Assembly: GCA_903824515.1 (NCBI GenBank)
Contig: CAIJXA010000079.1
Span: 1 to 36,266, forward strand
DNA: 36,266 nucleotides
Direction: 5' to 3'
Origin: an uncultured bacterium
GTDB lineage: Bacteria > Patescibacteriota > Minisyncoccia > Moranbacterales > GWC2-37-73
Shown piece after piece: positions 34,761 through 36,266 of the stretch. Under the pieces are notes generated by a model. It ran no database searches, was not told where the DNA came from, and worked only from the letters and a program-made list of their open reading frames with translations. The translations under genes and the position numbers were made by a program. How positions within the stretch are numbered: position 1 is the first letter of the stretch; each line of letters begins with the position of its first letter.

Positions 34761-36245
34761 TTATAATTTGTCATTTTCCATTTTGATTTTTAAATTTTCC
34801 ATTCTCCGCATATGAGACAAGGAGTAAATCAACAAAAGGTAGTATATGACTATCTGCCATGGCTTTACATTATCAATACTAACACTTGCCCAGGGAAATT
34901 CGGCGAGAACATGAATTAATTTTATCACATAAGCCAGCAGCGCAAATGCCAGCCAAGCAAAAACCAAAGACAACGGCGTCCAGATGAAGCCAAGTATGGT
35001 TACTAAAAATACCAGCAACATCGAAAGTGGAATCACCGGCAAAATAAGAACATTCGCCAGAAGAGAAATGAGCGAAGCAATGTGAAAATTATACGCAATA
35101 ATCGGCAGCACGAAAATCTGAGCGCTCAATGACAAGGTTATGGCCTCCGAAATGCCCAAAGCTTTGTGCTTTTTCACAAAACTTTTTTCCCAAAAAGATG
35201 AGGTCAGCACAATTCCAAGTGTTGCCAAAAAGGAAAGTTGAAAACCCACATCCCAGCGCAAGAGCAAAGGATTAAGTGCTAGCATAATCGCCCCAGCAAA
35301 AATAATTGCATTCTCTGATGAGGCCAATCTTCCATTTTTCATCGCCCAAAGCAAGATGCCGCTCATCACACCTGCTCGCACTGCCGAAGCTGGCAAGCCG
35401 CTCATAATCACAAACAAAGCAATGCCCGCGATTGCAAACCAAATTGCTTGCTTTCGCCAAAACCCAAGAGCAATGCCAAGCAAAATCAGATATTCTGCAA
35501 TGATTGTCACATTATAACCTGAAACGGCCACGATATGTGTCATCCCGGTGCGCGAAAAATCATTTTGAATTTCCTTGGAAAGTCCCCCGCTTCCTCCCAA
35601 TAATAATCCTTCGGCCAATGCGCCATATGGCTGTGGAATGACTCTGGTTATCTTGTTTTCAAAAATTGTCCGCGCCGCAATTATTTTTCCATAAAACCAA
35701 TTGCCGCTGTTTTCTCCAATCTTTCTTGATTTGCCCTTTTCACATTGATAAAGCACGCCTTCTTTTGCCATATACATACGATAATCAAAACTGTCATCTG
35801 AGCCCGCCGAAGAGGCAGGCCGATTTTCAATCGCTTTGGCTGGACAAACTATTTCCAACAAGTCTCCATATTTATACTCTGGATATTGCGGAACCTGCAG
35901 CAAAACTGATATTTTTTCATCATCAAGCTTGGCAATAATATTTTGTCCAAAAGCTGAAACGCTCACTTTTTGCACAACCGCTTTTTCCTCAAAAGTTTTT
36001 CCCGCATAAATCAAATTATTCGCCTTGGCAATTTCTTTGTCAGTTTTCCACAGACCAAAAACAAAAGCGAGCAACAAAAAAGCGACCAGTGTCGCAATTT
36101 TGTTTTTATAAAAAACGAATAAAGTTATCAAAGAAAAAATCAGCAGCAGAAAAATTTGAACCTGAGTGACTGCGAAAAATGAACGCACAAAAACTGCCCC
36201 AATAAAACTCATAAGCAAAAATAAAAGTATTTTTGATTTTGACAT
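34761..36245 (-). CDS. comEC: ComEC/Rec2 competence membrane channel
   Basis: FDYRMY, GMTHIVAVSGYN, SAVRAGVM, DVGFQLSFLAT. Confidence 0.93.
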   Translation of the reverse strand: MSKSKILLFLLMSFIGAVFVRSFFAVTQVQIFLLLIFSLITLFVFYKNKIATLVAFLLLAFVFGLWKTDKEIAKANNLIYAGKTFEEKAVVQKVSVSAFGQNIIAKLDDEKISVLLQVPQYPEYKYGDLLEIVCPAKAIENRPASSAGSDDSFDYRMYMAKEGVLYQCEKGKSRKIGENSGNWFYGKIIAARTIFENKITRVIPQPYGALAEGLLLGGSGGLSKEIQNDFSRTGMTHIVAVSGYNVTIIAEYLILLGIALGFWRKQAIWFAIAGIALFVIMSGLPASAVRAGVMSGILLWAMKNGRLASSENAIIFAGAIMLALNPLLLRWDVGFQLSFLATLGIVLTSSFWEKSFVKKHKALGISEAITLSLSAQIFVLPIIAYNFHIASLISLLANVLILPVIPLSMLLVFLVTILGFIWTPLSLVFAWLAFALLAYVIKLIHVLAEFPWASVSIDNVKPWQIVIYYLLLIYSLSHMRRMENLKIKMENDKL

Positions 36246-36266
36246 GAATTTACTATAGCAAAAATT

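Noticed and set aside
416-35938. Many 60-145 aa antisense or alternate-frame ORFs overlapping conserved genes
   Set aside because: Shadow ORFs of strongly supported genes, with no recognisable motifs
182-36245. Alternative genetic code (UGA=Gly, as in Gracilibacteria/Absconditabacteria)
   Set aside because: All conserved genes are intact in the standard code with no in-frame TGA; TGA ends the methyltransferase at a plausible length
33733-36245. Split comEC as a pseudogene broken by the repeat at 34651
   Set aside because: Both parts have intact motifs and the MBL part has its own start and membrane anchor; the two-gene arrangement is common

Overview
A core-genome segment, almost all on the minus strand, from a Patescibacteria/CPR (Parcubacteria-like) bacterium. 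The lineage is inferred from the missing rpmD, the lack of Shine-Dalgarno motifs, a split comEC and DUF5654; ORFs read cleanly in the standard code. It carries the str-S10-spc ribosomal cluster (rpsL-rpsG-fusA-[SAM methyltransferase]-tuf-rpsJ-rplC...rplO-secY-adk-map). On the left are ruvX, a GT2, galT, tpiA and fba. On the right are an M50 protease, rpmB, an ABC exporter, a DEDD exonuclease, an M48-type hydrolase, a NUDIX gene, an atypical tRNA-Pro, ndk and comEC. The unusual part is non-coding. Nearly every junction of this normally compact operon holds a 60-140 nt hairpin element from several families (9-mer, 7-mer and 8-mer periodic stems, plus a rod that starts immediately after stop codons). 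One family appears to bracket a cargo methyltransferase between fusA and tuf. Also present: a three-copy REP/IS200-end-like element with nested hairpin inserts, small palindromes apparently inserted in-frame in two proteins, a 135-bp element duplicating the tRNA 3' end, and candidate attenuator leaders before rplC and rpsL.
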